Shown piece after piece: positions 1 through 13,353 of a stretch of 32,000 nt of DNA. The translations under genes were made by a program, and so were the position numbers. Source of the DNA: Sulfolobus acidocaldarius DSM 639 (GTDB lineage Archaea; Thermoproteota; Thermoprotei_A; Sulfolobales; Sulfolobaceae); NCBI RefSeq assembly GCF_000012285.1, contig NC_007181.1, positions 1,320,001 to 1,352,000 on the forward strand. The letters run 5' to 3'. The notes below the pieces were generated by a model. The model had not been told where the DNA came from and searched no databases. It saw only the letters and a list, made by a program, of their open reading frames with translations. Every line of letters begins with the position of its first letter. Position 1 is the stretch's first letter.

Positions 1-1223
1 CTAGCTAATATACCTGTTATCGCTGCAATAATACTACTATAAATTAACACTAGAGATAGGTATCTAATACTCTCACTATTTCTCTTTTTGCCATAATTGT
101 GGAACCAAACTGCAAATATGAGTAAAATTATTGCGTTTCCCAGATCCGGAAACATAAGTCCGAAGATCAGAGGGAAAGTAATTATAAGAAATAGTGTGGG
201 TGATATCTCCCAATATGAAGGAGTGCCGTATAACTCTATTATGCTCTCTAGTGGTCTTATTGACTTAGGTAAATTAACATAAGTAGGTGGTTCTTCTTGT
301 TCACCGAATCTCTTCGGATATTCGTACACTACTACAGCTGAATCTTTTAAGGAATTTGTTAATTGTTTAGTGGATTTTTCTAACACATATCCCTCGATTT
401 GAATAAAGTAGTCTGAAATTTTGGCTTTAGATAGAACCAACATACTGTCTCTAAGTGTTAGAAGTTTTCCGTATGTAGATTGTATCCATTCTTTATCTTC
501 ATTAGCTTTCTCTCTTAATTCCTTTCTTTTTGCACCAAGAACACCATCTATGTAGTTAATTCTGTCCATAATGGTCTTATATTGCTGGCTAGGCGACACC
601 AAATCCTGGGTCTCTAATCTTTTGATTCCTAATTCCTTTAACGTCTCATTAAGTCCAGTCCCCTTTAGACCTATGATCAGGGACGGATAGAAATTATTTG
701 ACTGATACGAGATAACTTCAAAACCTCTTTTCTTCAACTCCTCAATTTGTTGGCGATTTAATATAGCCAATGCCACGTCAAAATAAGTGTTTGCATATAT
801 TTTCTTCAGGTCAATATCTACATCCTTGAATGGTTCTAATTCATCAAGTTTGAGTTTTAATGAATCTCTCTCTGATTTCAATTTTTGTATTTCTTCAAGC
901 AATTCGCGATATTTTTCCTCTATTTTAGAGGCTTCAGAAGTATAAATACGTGCTATTTCAATCCAATCCTGTTTATCCTGTTTTAGGTTTCCTTTTGGCT
1001 CTACAGCTATTTCAGATGCTTCCATGAGGAGTATTAGTCTTGCTATTTTATCGTTGATTTCTCCTAATATCCTTCTTGCATCCTCAAGCCTGTTCTGTGA
1101 AATTGGTACTTTAGGATCATCGGGCTCAAAAGTCCCCAATTTAAGAAGTTTACTAACGACTTCATTCACGTTATCCTTTGTCGTTATTATTTCAGCTCTT
1201 ACCACTGTTTCCGGCAGAATCAA
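1..1223 (-). CDS. atpI: A-type (A1Ao) ATPase subunit I (a), N-terminal part; the gene runs off the window start
   Basis: Absent from the ORF track because it is open at the window edge. My manual minus-strand translation starts at TTG 1223, with an in-frame TGA at 1232-1230 just upstream. It reads LILPETVVRAEIITTKDNVNEVVSKLLKLGTFEP..., then a long coiled-coil stretch, then ...ELYGTPSYWEISPTLFLIITFPLIFGLMFPDLGNA. This is the soluble-domain to first-TM junction typical of V/A-ATPase subunit I. The frame stays open to position 1. Confidence 0.85.
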   Translation of the reverse strand, partial: MILPETVVRAEIITTKDNVNEVVSKLLKLGTFEPDDPKVPISQNRLEDARRILGEINDKIARLILLMEASEIAVEPKGNLKQDKQDWIEIARIYTSEASKIEEKYRELLEEIQKLKSERDSLKLKLDELEPFKDVDIDLKKIYANTYFDVALAILNRQQIEELKKRGFEVISYQSNNFYPSLIIGLKGTGLNETLKELGIKRLETQDLVSPSQQYKTIMDRINYIDGVLGAKRKELREKANEDKEWIQSTYGKLLTLRDSMLVLSKAKISDYFIQIEGYVLEKSTKQLTNSLKDSAVVVYEYPKRFGEQEEPPTYVNLPKSIRPLESIIELYGTPSYWEISPTLFLIITFPLIFGLMFPDLGNAIILLIFAVWFHNYGKKRNSESIRYLSLVLIYSSIIAAITGILA

Positions 1224-1289
1224 AACTATTCAATATGGAAAAAACGTTTTACCTTAAAATATTTATTCTCGAGCTTAAGTTATCTAATC
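1224..1289. promoter_or_regulatory. Divergent atpI / atpF-K promoter region with an AT-rich TATA-like element
   Basis: 66-bp gap between divergent starts. TTAAAATATTTATT at 1254-1267 lies about 26-39 nt upstream of the atpF ATG at 1293, which fits Sulfolobales promoters with short or no leader. Called from sequence only. Confidence 0.4.
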
Positions 1290-1595
1290 TTGATGGGTAA
1301 AGTTATTGTTATTGGCGATAAGTATACTGTTAATTTGTTTAAACTTATAGGTACGGAGGGTATTATATTAGAAGACCCTCTAGAACTAGAGAACACACTT
1401 CTAAAGATTAGAAAAAGAGAAGATGTAGACTTAGTGTTAGTAACTAATGACACATACACTCCAGTAAAGGAAAAAGTGGATAACCTTATATTAGAGCAGA
1501 AAAAACCACTCATAACAGTTATTCCAAGCCCATTTAGTGAAGCTAAACCTGTTGATGTAAAAGGTTTAATACTTAAATCACTTGGTTTTGGGTGA
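1290..1595 (+). CDS. atpF: A-type ATPase subunit F
   Basis: About 100 aa. The N-terminus KVIVIGDKYTVNLFKLIGTEG matches the subunit F signature (xIxVIGDxDTVxGFxLxG). Sits first in the atp operon. Start is TTG 1290 or, more likely, ATG 1293. Confidence 0.8.
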   Translation: MMGKVIVIGDKYTVNLFKLIGTEGIILEDPLELENTLLKIRKREDVDLVLVTNDTYTPVKEKVDNLILEQKKPLITVIPSPFSEAKPVDVKGLILKSLGFG

Positions 1596-2179
1596 GTAAA
1601 ATGGTTGATTTTGAAGAGTTATTATCTAAGACTCAAGAGGTCGAGAAAAAGAAGATAGACGAAGAGTTAAAGAAAGCTTTCACCGAGGCAAATCTAATTG
1701 TAGATGAGGCTTATAATGAAATATTATCTGAATACTCAAAGAGAATCCAGGAGATTATATCAAAAAATATTGAGGCTTTGAGAGGAGAGGAAGCTAAGCT
1801 TGAAGTAGAAACTAAAAGAGCTGTAAATAAGGAGAAGGATTACTGGGTTCAGCAAGTATTTCAGAAGACTTTAGATGAGTTAGAAAAGATAGCAAATACT
1901 AAGGATTACAAAAATAGAATAGAAAGTATTTTATCTAGGGAGTTAACTGAGGGAGCTATTGTTTATTGCTCAAATAACGATAAGAAGTTCATTGAGGGAA
2001 TATTAACGACAAAGCGAATCAATAACGTATCAGTAGAGGTAGATAATTCTATTAAGGGTGGAGTAAAAATATACTATCCAGATAAGAAGTTGACACGTGA
2101 TTTTACCCTTAAAACAATTTTAAATCAAATTTTTGAAGATTTAAGAGATGATGTTGCAAGAATTTTATTTGGTGAGTAA
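1592..2179 (+). CDS. atpE: A-type ATPase subunit E (peripheral stalk)
   Basis: 195 aa. Charged coiled-coil N-terminal half and a globular C-terminal half (..[24 protein letters not shown]..), located between atpF and atpA. GTGA start/stop overlap with atpF. Confidence 0.8.
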   Translation: MSKMVDFEELLSKTQEVEKKKIDEELKKAFTEANLIVDEAYNEILSEYSKRIQEIISKNIEALRGEEAKLEVETKRAVNKEKDYWVQQVFQKTLDELEKIANTKDYKNRIESILSRELTEGAIVYCSNNDKKFIEGILTTKRINNVSVEVDNSIKGGVKIYYPDKKLTRDFTLKTILNQIFEDLRDDVARILFGE

Positions 2180-2181
2180 AA

Positions 2182-3960
2182 ATGGCAGGAGAAGGTAGAG
2201 TAGTTAGGGTAAATGGTCCACTAGTTGTAGCAGACGGTATGAGAAATGCTCAAATGTTCGAAGTTGTTGAAGTTGGTGAATTAAGACTAGTTGGAGAGAT
2301 AACCAGAATAGAAGGAGATAGGGCATACATTCAAGTCTACGAAGCCACAGATGGAATTAAACCAGGAGAGAAGGCATATAGAACCGGTTCATTGTTATCA
2401 GTAGAATTAGGACCAGGTTTAATGGGAGGTATTTTTGATGGTCTGCAGAGGCCATTAGACAGAATTGCAGAATCTGTAAAATCCCCCTTTGTTACTAGAG
2501 GAGTTAAAGTACCTGCGTTGGAAAGAAATAAGAAATGGCACGTTATTCCTGTTGCTAAGAAAGGTGACAAAGTATCACCAGGTGATATAATAGCTAAGGT
2601 TAATGAAACGGATCTAATAGAACACAGAATTATAGTACCACCAAACGTTCATGGGACACTTAAGGAGATTTCTCCTGAGGGTGATTATACAGTAGAAGAT
2701 GTAATTGCAAGAGTTGATATGGAAGGCGATGTTAAAGAATTAAAATTATATCAAAGATGGCCTGTTAGAATTCCTAGACCTTTCAAGGAAAAACTAGAGC
2801 CAACAGAACCACTCCTAACTGGAACCAGAGTTGTTGATACCATATTCCCTATAGCTAAAGGCGGAACTGCAGCAATACCTGGTCCATTTGGAAGCGGTAA
2901 AACAGTCACTTTACAAAGTTTGGCAAAGTGGTCTGAAGCTAAAGTTGTAATATACGTTGGTTGTGGAGAGAGAGGTAATGAGATGACTGATGAGTTGAGA
3001 CAATTCCCGAAGCTTAAGGATCCATGGACAGGGAAGCCTTTGTTACAGAGGACTATATTGGTAGCCAACACCAGTAATATGCCAGTAGCCGCAAGGGAAT
3101 CTAGTATATATGTCGGTGTTACTATGGCTGAGTACTTCAGAGATCAGGGTTATGACGTGTTACTAGTTGCTGATTCCACATCGAGATGGGCTGAGGCACT
3201 TAGAGAGTTAGGTGGACGAATGGAAGAGATGCCAGCAGAGGAAGGATTCCCAAGTTATCTACCATCAAGATTAGCTGAATACTATGAGAGAGCTGGAAGA
3301 GTAATTGCATTAGGAAAGCCCGAGAGATTTGGTTCTGTAAGTATAGCATCAGCAGTTTCACCACCTGGCGGTGATTTCACAGAGCCAGTAACAAGCAACA
3401 CATTGAGATTTGTAAGAGTCTTTTGGCCTCTTGATGTGTCTTTAGCACAAGCAAGGCATTATCCTGCAATTAACTGGATTCAAGGATTCTCAGCATATGT
3501 TGATTTAGTAGCCAGTTGGTGGCACAAGAACGTTGATCCTACTTGGTTTGAAATGAGGAGTGTATTAGTGAAGATCCTTCTGAGGGAGGACGAGTTAAGA
3601 CAAATAGTTAGGCTAGTAGGACCAGAATCACTCTCAGATAAGGATAAGTTGATTTTAGAGGCTTCAAAGTTGATTAGAGACGCTTTCCTGAAACAGAACG
3701 CATTCGATGATATAGATGCCTTCTCATCTCCTCAAAAACAAGCTAAGATCATGAGATTAATTTATGACTTTTACACTAACGCATCCCAGTTGTTAGATAA
3801 AGGTCTCACGTTAAAGAAGATATTGGAGAAAGTAGGGTCATTCGAACCAGACATTGTGAGAGTTAAGTATACTGTGAAAAATGATGAGCTAAATAAGATA
3901 GACGAACTTGACAATAAATTAAAAGAGGCTTTTGACAGCTTATTAAAGGAGGTGGCATAA
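2182..3960 (+). CDS. atpA: A-type ATPase catalytic subunit A
   Basis: 592 aa. Walker A GPFGSGKT, conserved ...GERGNEMTD..., and a non-homologous insert region typical of A/V-type A subunits. No intein-sized insertion. Confidence 0.97.
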   Translation: MAGEGRVVRVNGPLVVADGMRNAQMFEVVEVGELRLVGEITRIEGDRAYIQVYEATDGIKPGEKAYRTGSLLSVELGPGLMGGIFDGLQRPLDRIAESVKSPFVTRGVKVPALERNKKWHVIPVAKKGDKVSPGDIIAKVNETDLIEHRIIVPPNVHGTLKEISPEGDYTVEDVIARVDMEGDVKELKLYQRWPVRIPRPFKEKLEPTEPLLTGTRVVDTIFPIAKGGTAAIPGPFGSGKTVTLQSLAKWSEAKVVIYVGCGERGNEMTDELRQFPKLKDPWTGKPLLQRTILVANTSNMPVAARESSIYVGVTMAEYFRDQGYDVLLVADSTSRWAEALRELGGRMEEMPAEEGFPSYLPSRLAEYYERAGRVIALGKPERFGSVSIASAVSPPGGDFTEPVTSNTLRFVRVFWPLDVSLAQARHYPAINWIQGFSAYVDLVASWWHKNVDPTWFEMRSVLVKILLREDELRQIVRLVGPESLSDKDKLILEASKLIRDAFLKQNAFDDIDAFSSPQKQAKIMRLIYDFYTNASQLLDKGLTLKKILEKVGSFEPDIVRVKYTVKNDELNKIDELDNKLKEAFDSLLKEVA

Positions 3961-3962
3961 TT

Positions 3963-5363
3963 TTGTCCACATTGATGAACATCAGGGAGTATAATAGCAT
4001 TTCTATGATCAAAGGACCCCTAATGGCTATAGAGGGAGTTACAGATGCTGCATATAACGAATTAATTGAAGTAGAAATGCCTGATGGGAGCAAAAGGAGA
4101 GGTATAGTTGTTGATTCTCAGTCAGGTGTTGCAATAGTTCAAGTTTTCGAAGGAACTACAGGTGTTTCCCCCACACAGTCCAAAGTTAGATTCTTAGGAA
4201 GAGGATTGGAAGTAAAGATTTCTGAAGAAATGTTAGGAAGAATATTTACTCCGTTGGGAGAACCATTAGATAATGGTCCTCAAGTTTTAAGCGGTGAGAA
4301 AAGGGATATTAACGGTAGCCCCCTTAATCCCTCCGTAAGAGAGTACCCTGAAGAGTTCATCCAGACTGGTGTTTCTGCTATAGATGGTTTAACATCATTG
4401 CTGAGAGGTCAGAAGCTTCCCATATTTAGCGGTAGCGGTTTACCAGCAAACCAATTAGCTGCACAAATAGCTAAACAAGCTACAGTAAGAGGAGAAGAGA
4501 GTAATTTCGCAGTTGTATTTGCAGCAATCGGAATTAGATACGACGAGGCGTTATTCTTTAGGAGATTCTTCGAGGAAACTGGAGCAATAAATAGAGTTGC
4601 AATGTTCGTAACACTAGCAAATGACCCTCCATCACTTAAGATACTTACTCCGAAGACAGCATTGACCCTAGCTGAGTACTTAGCTTATGAGAAAGATATG
4701 CACATATTAGCAATTCTCATTGATATGACAAACTATTGTGAGGCACTAAGAGAGTTAAGCGCATCAAAAGAGGAAGTTCCCGGAAGAGGTGGATATCCAG
4801 GTTACATGTATACTGACCTAGCAGTAACCTATGAAAGAGCAGGAAAAGTCAGAGGTAAAAAGGGATCCATAACCCAGATGCCAATTTTAACTATGCCAAA
4901 CGATGATATTACTCACCCTATACCTGACTTGACTGGCTATATAACCGAGGGTCAGATAGTTCTTGATAGGTCTTTGTTTAACAAGGGAATATACCCACCA
5001 ATCAATGTATTAGCTAGTTTGTCAAGATTAATGAGAGACGGAATCGGAGAAGGTAAGACTAGGGATGATCATAAGGATCTTTCAAATCAGTTATTTGCAG
5101 CTTACGCAAGAGCACAGGATATAAGAGGTTTAGCCGCAATAATCGGTGAGGACAGCTTATCTGATGTTGATAGGAAATACTTACTATTTGCTGAACAGTT
5201 CGAGAGGAAATTCATAAATCAGGGAATAAATGAGAATAGAGATATAGAGACTACACTGGATATAGGATGGGAAGTAATATCTATGTTACCAGAGTCAGAA
5301 ATAAGCTTGATTAGAACTGAGTACATAAAGAAGTATCATCCTAACTACAGGGTAAAGAAATGA
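3963..5363 (+). CDS. atpB: A-type ATPase subunit B
   Basis: 466 aa. Clear A/V-type B subunit sequence (..[19 protein letters not shown].., ..[15 protein letters not shown]..). GGAGGTG at 3949-3955 precedes TTG 3963. ATG 3975 ([16 protein letters not shown]) is an alternative start. Confidence 0.95.
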   Translation: MSTLMNIREYNSISMIKGPLMAIEGVTDAAYNELIEVEMPDGSKRRGIVVDSQSGVAIVQVFEGTTGVSPTQSKVRFLGRGLEVKISEEMLGRIFTPLGEPLDNGPQVLSGEKRDINGSPLNPSVREYPEEFIQTGVSAIDGLTSLLRGQKLPIFSGSGLPANQLAAQIAKQATVRGEESNFAVVFAAIGIRYDEALFFRRFFEETGAINRVAMFVTLANDPPSLKILTPKTALTLAEYLAYEKDMHILAILIDMTNYCEALRELSASKEEVPGRGGYPGYMYTDLAVTYERAGKVRGKKGSITQMPILTMPNDDITHPIPDLTGYITEGQIVLDRSLFNKGIYPPINVLASLSRLMRDGIGEGKTRDDHKDLSNQLFAAYARAQDIRGLAAIIGEDSLSDVDRKYLLFAEQFERKFINQGINENRDIETTLDIGWEVISMLPESEISLIRTEYIKKYHPNYRVKK

Positions 5364-5989
5364 GCTCAAGGAAAGTCTTACCTACAAAGATTAACCTTAT
5401 TAATTTACGAAGGCAAATAAGGCTAATTAGGACTATAAAGAGACTATTAGAAAATAAGCGAGAAGTCCTGTTACTATACCTCAGGCAATATGCTGATGAG
5501 TACGAGAAAGTGTACAATGAAGTTAGTAAGGTTCTAAGTGATGTTTATTCCACTTACTTGCAAGGTGTTGCCTCTGAAGGTTTGTCTACAATCCAGACCT
5601 ATGCAGATTCTATTCCATCCTCGTTAAATGTAAATACTAGTATTAAAGTTCTATTTGGTGTAAAGATACCTGTAGTGGACTTAGATGAGTCTACAATTCA
5701 GCAACAGCCTTTTGGTAATCTAGAGATCTCTCCATATATATTAAAGTCTAGAGAGCAAATGTCCTATGCATTTAAGAAGATATTGACACTAATAGAAATA
5801 GAGTCCAGTATTAGGGCTCTCAGCGGTGAATTGAGAAAAACACAGCGTTTAATTAATGCAATAGACACGTCTATCTTACCTTTCTATCAGTCTTCCTCAA
5901 AATACATAAAGTCCGTTCTAGATGATAGAACAAGGGAGGAGTTCACAAGACTTAAAATGGTTAGAAAATTACTTCAAAGAAGGAGGTAA
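5360..5989 (+). CDS. atpD: A-type ATPase subunit D (central stalk; called gamma in older Sulfolobus nomenclature)
   Basis: 209 aa. N-terminus [33 protein letters not shown] matches the subunit D pattern (PTKxxLxxLKxxLxxAxxGxxLLKxKRDxL). ATGA overlap with the atpB stop. Confidence 0.88.
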   Translation: MSSRKVLPTKINLINLRRQIRLIRTIKRLLENKREVLLLYLRQYADEYEKVYNEVSKVLSDVYSTYLQGVASEGLSTIQTYADSIPSSLNVNTSIKVLFGVKIPVVDLDESTIQQQPFGNLEISPYILKSREQMSYAFKKILTLIEIESSIRALSGELRKTQRLINAIDTSILPFYQSSSKYIKSVLDDRTREEFTRLKMVRKLLQRRR

Positions 5990-5993
5990 TAAA

Positions 5994-6155
5994 ATGGCTG
6001 AAACTTACATTAATGAGCTTAAGTCAAAATTGGATGCTAGAAAGAAAGAGATTTTATCTCAATTGAATGAAGAATATAATAAAATTCTAAAGTCTCGATT
6101 CGAAGATCTTGAAAGTGTAAAGAGAAATATTTTAAAGGAAGTCCAAAACATATAA
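5994..6155 (+). CDS. Small coiled-coil A-ATPase subunit (H/G-like; called epsilon in older Sulfolobus literature)
   Basis: 53 aa, [53 protein letters not shown], entirely heptad-like. AGGAGG at 5981-5986 precedes ATG 5994. Position between atpD and atpK. The track ORF starting at 5922 overlaps atpD and is probably too long. Confidence 0.6.
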   Translation: MAETYINELKSKLDARKKEILSQLNEEYNKILKSRFEDLESVKRNILKEVQNI

Positions 6156-6168
6156 TGATGAGATTAGA

Positions 6169-6474
6169 ATGAGGAAGGCATTACTAATATCTTTAATACT
6201 TCCTATTTTAATAGGAGGTCTAGTAGCAGCTGCTCAAGCTCCGCAAGATACTCCACAAGGTTTTATGGGAATTAATATTGGTGCTGGACTTGCTGTTGGA
6301 TTAGCGGCAATTGGAGCAGGTGTAGCAGTAGGTACAGCTGCAGCAGCAGGTATTGGTGTCCTTACCGAGAAAAGAGAGATGTTCGGTACTGTTCTAATTT
6401 TCGTAGCAATCGGTGAAGGAATAGCTGTATACGGTATAATATTTGCAGTATTAATGTTATTCGCAGGCATATAA
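6169..6474 (+). CDS. atpK: A-type ATPase proteolipid (c/K subunit)
   Basis: 101 aa. Gly/Ala-rich hairpin [24 protein letters not shown] and the ion-binding helix [16 protein letters not shown] with its conserved Glu. Also carries an extra N-terminal hydrophobic segment. Confidence 0.9.
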   Translation: MRKALLISLILPILIGGLVAAAQAPQDTPQGFMGINIGAGLAVGLAAIGAGVAVGTAAAAGIGVLTEKREMFGTVLIFVAIGEGIAVYGIIFAVLMLFAGI

Positions 6475-6496
6475 AGGAGTCATAAAGATAATAATG

Positions 6497-6518
6497 TTTT
6501 TTAACTGCTCATCTTTTT
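6497..6518 (+). terminator. Candidate T-tract terminator at the end of the atp operon
   Basis: T6 at 6497-6502 and T5 at 6514-6518, within 45 nt downstream of the atpK stop. Archaeal RNAP terminates at oligo-T tracts. Confidence 0.4.
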
Positions 6519-6535
6519 GATTCAGTAGTCCAGCT

Positions 6536-7987
6536 ATGAAGTTAACGAGAGAGAAGTGGGAAAATAATTTCTCAGAGTGGTTTGATTGGGTAATAAGAGA
6601 GGCAGAGATCTACGATTATGGAAGATACCCTGTAAAAGGAATGGGTGTATGGCTTCCATATGGTTTTAAGATAAGGCAAGCTGCTGTAGACCTTATCAGG
6701 AAATTGTTAGACGCTAAGGGGCATGAAGAAGTTTTATTTCCATTGTTAGTTCCTGAGGATCTACTAAGGAGAGAAGGTGAACATATTAAAGGTTTTGAGT
6801 CTGAAGTGTTCTGGGTTACCAAAGGTGGAGAAGAGAATTTGGATATAAGGTTGGCATTAAGACCTACAAGTGAGACAGCAATAACTTACATGGAAACCTA
6901 CTGGGTTCAGAGTTATAAACAATTACCCAAGAAGTATTATCAGATTGTTAGCGTGTTTAGATATGAGACAAAGGCTACCAGACCAATGATTAGGCTCAGA
7001 GAAGTATCAACATTTAAGGAAGCTCATACACTCCATGAGACGTACGAAGACGCTGAAAGACAGGTAAAAGAGGCAATTGAAATATATAAGAACTTCTTCG
7101 AGGAATTGGGTATTCCATATATAATGTCCCAAAGACCAGAATGGGATAAGTTCGCAGGTGCTATATATACCATAGCCTTTGATACTATAATGCCAGATTC
7201 TAGAGTTCTACAAATAGGAACTGTACATCATCTAGGTCAACATTTCACCAAGGCATTTGATCTAAAAGTGCAAAGAAAAGACGGAACATTAGATTATCCA
7301 CATCAAACTAGTTATGGTATTTCTGATAGGGTAATAGCAGTTGCTGTCTCAATAAATGGAGACGATCATGGTACAATACTTTCACCAGTGTTAGCACCAA
7401 TTAAAGCTGTAATAATACCCATTCCAGCCAAAGATGAAAAGGAGACTGAAAAGATAATTGAGTATTCTGAAGACGTGGCAAAAATTTTGGTGAGTAATGG
7501 AATTAACACCGTTATAGATAAAGATACAGAAAAAACACCTGGAGAGAAGTATTATATTTGGGAGATTAAGGGCGTACCCTTGAGAATTGAAATAGGTCCA
7601 AGAGAGCTATCCTCAAATAGCGTATTTATAAAGAGAAGGGATACTCTTCAAGGGATAAGTGTCAAAAAAGAGAATCTAGTTAGTGAAGTGGTAAAACTAT
7701 TAGAAACACTTAGAAAGGATCTGAAGGAGAGGGCTTGGAACTTTTTGAGGAGTAAGATCAGATATACCGACAACCTTGAGGAAGCTAAGAAAATGTTGGA
7801 TAGCAAGGCAGGTATAGTGGAGGTTCCATGGTGCGAATCTAATGAATGCGGTTTGAAAATTGAGGAAACTACGGGTGCAAGAGTTTTAGGTAAGCCTTAT
7901 GATAGTCCAAGAGATGTTTCCAAATCTACTTGCGTGGTTTGTAAAAAACCTGCTAAGACAACTCTAAGGCTAGCAAAAACTTATTAA
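6536..7987 (+). CDS. proS: Prolyl-tRNA synthetase (archaeal/eukaryotic type)
   Basis: 483 aa. Class II core (..[10 protein letters not shown].., ..[17 protein letters not shown]..). C-terminal Zn-type domain with WCESNECG...CVVCKKPA, ending in the conserved terminal Tyr. Confidence 0.93.
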   Translation: MKLTREKWENNFSEWFDWVIREAEIYDYGRYPVKGMGVWLPYGFKIRQAAVDLIRKLLDAKGHEEVLFPLLVPEDLLRREGEHIKGFESEVFWVTKGGEENLDIRLALRPTSETAITYMETYWVQSYKQLPKKYYQIVSVFRYETKATRPMIRLREVSTFKEAHTLHETYEDAERQVKEAIEIYKNFFEELGIPYIMSQRPEWDKFAGAIYTIAFDTIMPDSRVLQIGTVHHLGQHFTKAFDLKVQRKDGTLDYPHQTSYGISDRVIAVAVSINGDDHGTILSPVLAPIKAVIIPIPAKDEKETEKIIEYSEDVAKILVSNGINTVIDKDTEKTPGEKYYIWEIKGVPLRIEIGPRELSSNSVFIKRRDTLQGISVKKENLVSEVVKLLETLRKDLKERAWNFLRSKIRYTDNLEEAKKMLDSKAGIVEVPWCESNECGLKIEETTGARVLGKPYDSPRDVSKSTCVVCKKPAKTTLRLAKTY

Positions 7988-8023
7988 AAATAACTGCGGT
8001 GAATAAAGTAGGGTGTTTGATTT

Positions 8024-8311
8024 TTGCCAAAGAAGAGGGAGAATAGAGGAAGAAGAAAGGGCGACAAAGGACACGTTGGTAGCATACATTGTGACCAATG
8101 TGGTGCAAGAATTCCTGAGGATAAGGCAATCTGTGTGACTAAGCCTTATAGTCCTGTGGATCCAGCTCTAGCGCAAGAGCTGGAGAAGAAAGGGGCTATT
8201 ATAATGAGATATCCAGTGACCAAGTGTTATTGTGTGAATTGTGCTGTATATTTAGGTGTAATAAAGATAAGACCAGAACAGGAGAGGAAACAGAAAGCCA
8301 AATTGTATTAA
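8024..8311 (+). CDS. rps26e: Ribosomal protein eS26
   Basis: 95 aa. N-terminus PKKRENRGRRKGDKGHVGSIHCDQCGARIPEDKAI and a second Cys pair CYCVNCAV, characteristic of S26e. TTG start. Confidence 0.9.
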   Translation: MPKKRENRGRRKGDKGHVGSIHCDQCGARIPEDKAICVTKPYSPVDPALAQELEKKGAIIMRYPVTKCYCVNCAVYLGVIKIRPEQERKQKAKLY

Positions 8312-8330
8312 AGTTTTTAAGTTAATATAA

Positions 8331-9353
<1,023 letters not shown>

Positions 9354-9354
9354 A

Positions 9355-9957
9355 GTGAAAGTTGGTGTTATAGCATATCAAGGAAGTTTTGAGGAACATG
9401 CAATACAACTAAAGAGAGCTATGAGCAAGCTTAATTTAACAGGAGAAGTTATAGCTGTAAAGAAACCTAAGGACGTTGATTTAATAGACGGTGTCGTTAT
9501 ACCTGGAGGAGAAAGTACCACTATAGGAATAATTGCTGAAAAGTTAGGTGTCTTAGACGAGATAAAAGCAAAAATCAATGCTGGATTACCTGTCTTGGGT
9601 ACATGTGCAGGTGCGATAATGTTAGCTAAAGATGTGTCTGATGCAAAAGTGGGTAAGAAATCTCAGCCATTGATAGGGACTATGGACATTCAGGTAGTAA
9701 GAAACTATTATGGGAGACAGAGGGAGAGTTTTGAAACAGATCTAGATTTTCGCGTTATAGGTGGCGGTAAAGCAAGAGTTGTGTTTATAAGGGCTCCGAT
9801 TATAAAGAGAACGTGGAACGACGCAACTGCTCTAATTTCGTTTGAGAACGGAATTGTAATGGCAGAGCAGAAGAATATGTTAGCTACAACGTTTCATCCT
9901 GAATTATCAGAGAGCACAATTGTACATGAGTATTTCTTGAGCAAAATAAAGAAATAA
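9355..9957 (+). CDS. pdxT: Pyridoxal 5'-phosphate synthase, glutaminase subunit
   Basis: Motifs GGESTT, GTCAG (catalytic Cys) and FHPE. Start is GTG 9355 (MKVGVIAYQGS), or GTG 9346 as in the track. Overlaps or abuts the pdxS stop. Confidence 0.92.
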   Translation: MKVGVIAYQGSFEEHAIQLKRAMSKLNLTGEVIAVKKPKDVDLIDGVVIPGGESTTIGIIAEKLGVLDEIKAKINAGLPVLGTCAGAIMLAKDVSDAKVGKKSQPLIGTMDIQVVRNYYGRQRESFETDLDFRVIGGGKARVVFIRAPIIKRTWNDATALISFENGIVMAEQKNMLATTFHPELSESTIVHEYFLSKIKK

Positions 9958-10003
9958 ATTTTTTAGTATGAAATAAAATCCTATTCAGAAGGGTATTTTA
10001 GTC

Positions 10004-11536
10004 TTGCCTGCAAGAGATTTACTTCCAGATAAGTCTGCTCTTCTTCATGGTCTTTCGAAGTACATTGAGAACAGAACGATTTATGGTAATATCCTAATTC
10101 ACAAGAGACTCTTAGAGGATTTAGAGAGAGAGGCAAAAGAAGGTTTAGTTACGGCTGAGATAGCATTGGATGAGGTGAAGAGATTAAAGGAAATAAGCGA
10201 GAATTTACTTGTTAGTTTTGAAATAGTTAACAGTGAAAATTTGCACGGTTCATTAAACGGAGTTTTAAGAGACTACTGTTTATCCCGTAAATGTACGATA
10301 GTAACTACAGACGAAATACAGAAGAAACTATCAGAAAGTTTGAATATTGATGTCGTCCTCCTTCAACCAAGTCAGACAGAGTTAGAAATCGAGAAAATGT
10401 TTGATGAAACCACTATGAGTGTGCATTTGAAAGAGGGCGTAACACCAAAAGCAAAGAAAGGTAAGCCAGGTTCATGGCAGTTTGTTGAACTATTAAGCAA
10501 CCCTCTCACTAGCACTGATATTAAGAGGGTAGTTAACGAGATCCTTTCCTCAGTAAATTACGTTAAAGACTCTTTTATAGAAATTGAAAGGAAAGGTTCA
10601 ACAATTGTTCAACTTGGTAACTATAGGGTAGTTATAATTAGACCACCTTTGAGTGATGGTTGGGAAGTCACCATAACCAGACCTGTAGTGAAAAAGAAGC
10701 TTGAAGAGTATAATATGGATGAAAAATTACTCAAAAGGTTAAGGGATAAGGCAGAAGGCATACTAATTGCTGGTTCTCCGGGAATGGGTAAAACTACTTT
10801 TGCTCAAGCTTTAGCTGAATTCTACACGAGAATGAATAAGGTTGTAAAAACAATTGAATCACCTAGAGATATGCATCTACCACCAGAGGTTACGCAGTAT
10901 TCCAAAAATTACGCTGAAGTTGGAGAACTTCATGATATTCTTCTGTTAAGTAGACCAGATTATACTGTATATGACGAAATGAGAAATGATGAGGATTTCA
11001 AGCTCTACATAGATCTTAGGTTAGCAGGAATTGGAATGATTGGTGTTGTTCATGCAACATCACCAATAGATGCAATACATAGGTTTATAAATAGAATCGA
11101 TATTGGTACAATCCCTAACATTCTAGACACTGTGGTTTTCATTAATTCAGGAAACGTTGCAAAGGTTTACGGTCTTGATATAACGGTCAAAGTTCCGACA
11201 GGGTTAAAGGAAGCCGACCTGGCTAGACCTGTTGTGGAGGTTAAGGATTTAATAAGTGATAAAGCTGAATACGAGATATACGTTTTTGGAGAACAAACGA
11301 TGATAGTTCCTGTTAAAAACCTACAGACAAATTCTACCCAGAGAAGATTAGAGAGTATGATCAACAATATTATACCCTCTGCTTCCATATCATTCGAAAA
11401 TGGAGAGTATATAATAACAATACCTAGAGACGAAATAGGAATGTTTAATAAAAAAGTTGTCTCTAAATTGAAAAAATATGAGAAAAAGTACAAGATAAAG
11501 ATAAGAGTAAGGTTTCCTGATGAGGATACTACATAA
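10004..11536 (+). CDS. PIN-domain ATPase with C-terminal KH-like region (PINA / COG1855 PilT-family ATPase)
   Basis: 510 aa. Walker A GSPGMGKTT, Walker B-like TVYDEMRND, and an N-terminal PIN-like region. It lies next to and convergent with hjc, as reported for Sulfolobus islandicus PINA, which interacts with Hjc. TTG start. Confidence 0.8.
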   Translation: MPARDLLPDKSALLHGLSKYIENRTIYGNILIHKRLLEDLEREAKEGLVTAEIALDEVKRLKEISENLLVSFEIVNSENLHGSLNGVLRDYCLSRKCTIVTTDEIQKKLSESLNIDVVLLQPSQTELEIEKMFDETTMSVHLKEGVTPKAKKGKPGSWQFVELLSNPLTSTDIKRVVNEILSSVNYVKDSFIEIERKGSTIVQLGNYRVVIIRPPLSDGWEVTITRPVVKKKLEEYNMDEKLLKRLRDKAEGILIAGSPGMGKTTFAQALAEFYTRMNKVVKTIESPRDMHLPPEVTQYSKNYAEVGELHDILLLSRPDYTVYDEMRNDEDFKLYIDLRLAGIGMIGVVHATSPIDAIHRFINRIDIGTIPNILDTVVFINSGNVAKVYGLDITVKVPTGLKEADLARPVVEVKDLISDKAEYEIYVFGEQTMIVPVKNLQTNSTQRRLESMINNIIPSASISFENGEYIITIPRDEIGMFNKKVVSKLKKYEKKYKIKIRVRFPDEDTT

Positions 11537-11960
11537 AGGAATCTAATGTTTTACTTATTTTTCCCTCAACATACCTTACCAGTTCATCGAAATCCATTCC
11601 TGACTTAATTGTCTCTAAATCCGCAACATAATTTCCTGCTTCTGTCCTCCGCAGTTCGTCAAATCTTAGAAATTTGAGATCTTTTGCGATCTTAGCTCCT
11701 AGAAAAAGTTCACCTCCACTTTTTTTCGCAAATTCTTTTATTCCCTCAGCCTGTTCTTTTTGAATGTATATTTTGTTTCCGTTTTTCCTGCTTTTCATTT
11801 CTATAAGTATTATGACGCCAGACTTCATCGCAATTACATCAGGAACATGATCCTTTCTGTTAGACCCGCTTGCTGGCGCCCTTATAACTGCAAATCCTTT
11901 ATCTCTAAGCCTTGAAACAAGATATCTCTCAAGTGTACTGCCTTTAGTTTTATTACTCAC
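11529..11960 (-). CDS. hjc: Holliday junction resolvase Hjc
   Basis: KGSTLERYLVSRLRDKGFAVIRAPASGS...PDVIAMKSGVIILIEMKSRK closely resembles the S. solfataricus Hjc sequence I recall, including the catalytic E..D..E-x-K. GTG 11960 gives 143 aa. The track start GTG 11978 adds MFLFYY, encoded by a T-rich stretch. Confidence 0.9.
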   Translation of the reverse strand: MSNKTKGSTLERYLVSRLRDKGFAVIRAPASGSNRKDHVPDVIAMKSGVIILIEMKSRKNGNKIYIQKEQAEGIKEFAKKSGGELFLGAKIAKDLKFLRFDELRRTEAGNYVADLETIKSGMDFDELVRYVEGKISKTLDSFM

Positions 11961-11978
11961 ATAATAAAATAAAAACAC

Positions 11979-13330
<1,352 letters not shown>

Positions 13331-13353
<23 letters not shown>

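Noticed and set aside
97-1257. Plus-strand track ORFs 97..282 and 1024..1257
   Set aside because: Both lie antisense within the continuous minus-strand atpI reading frame, which has a clear subunit I signature. They are low-complexity and have no recognisable motifs.
2182-3960. Intein in atpA, as seen in some archaeal A subunits
   Set aside because: The 592-aa length and the uninterrupted conserved blocks around the P-loop leave no room for an intein.
5922-6155. 77-aa version of the small atp ORF, starting at 5922
   Set aside because: It overlaps the last 68 nt of atpD. AGGAGG at 5981-5986 followed by ATG 5994 gives a cleaner 53-aa coiled-coil protein.
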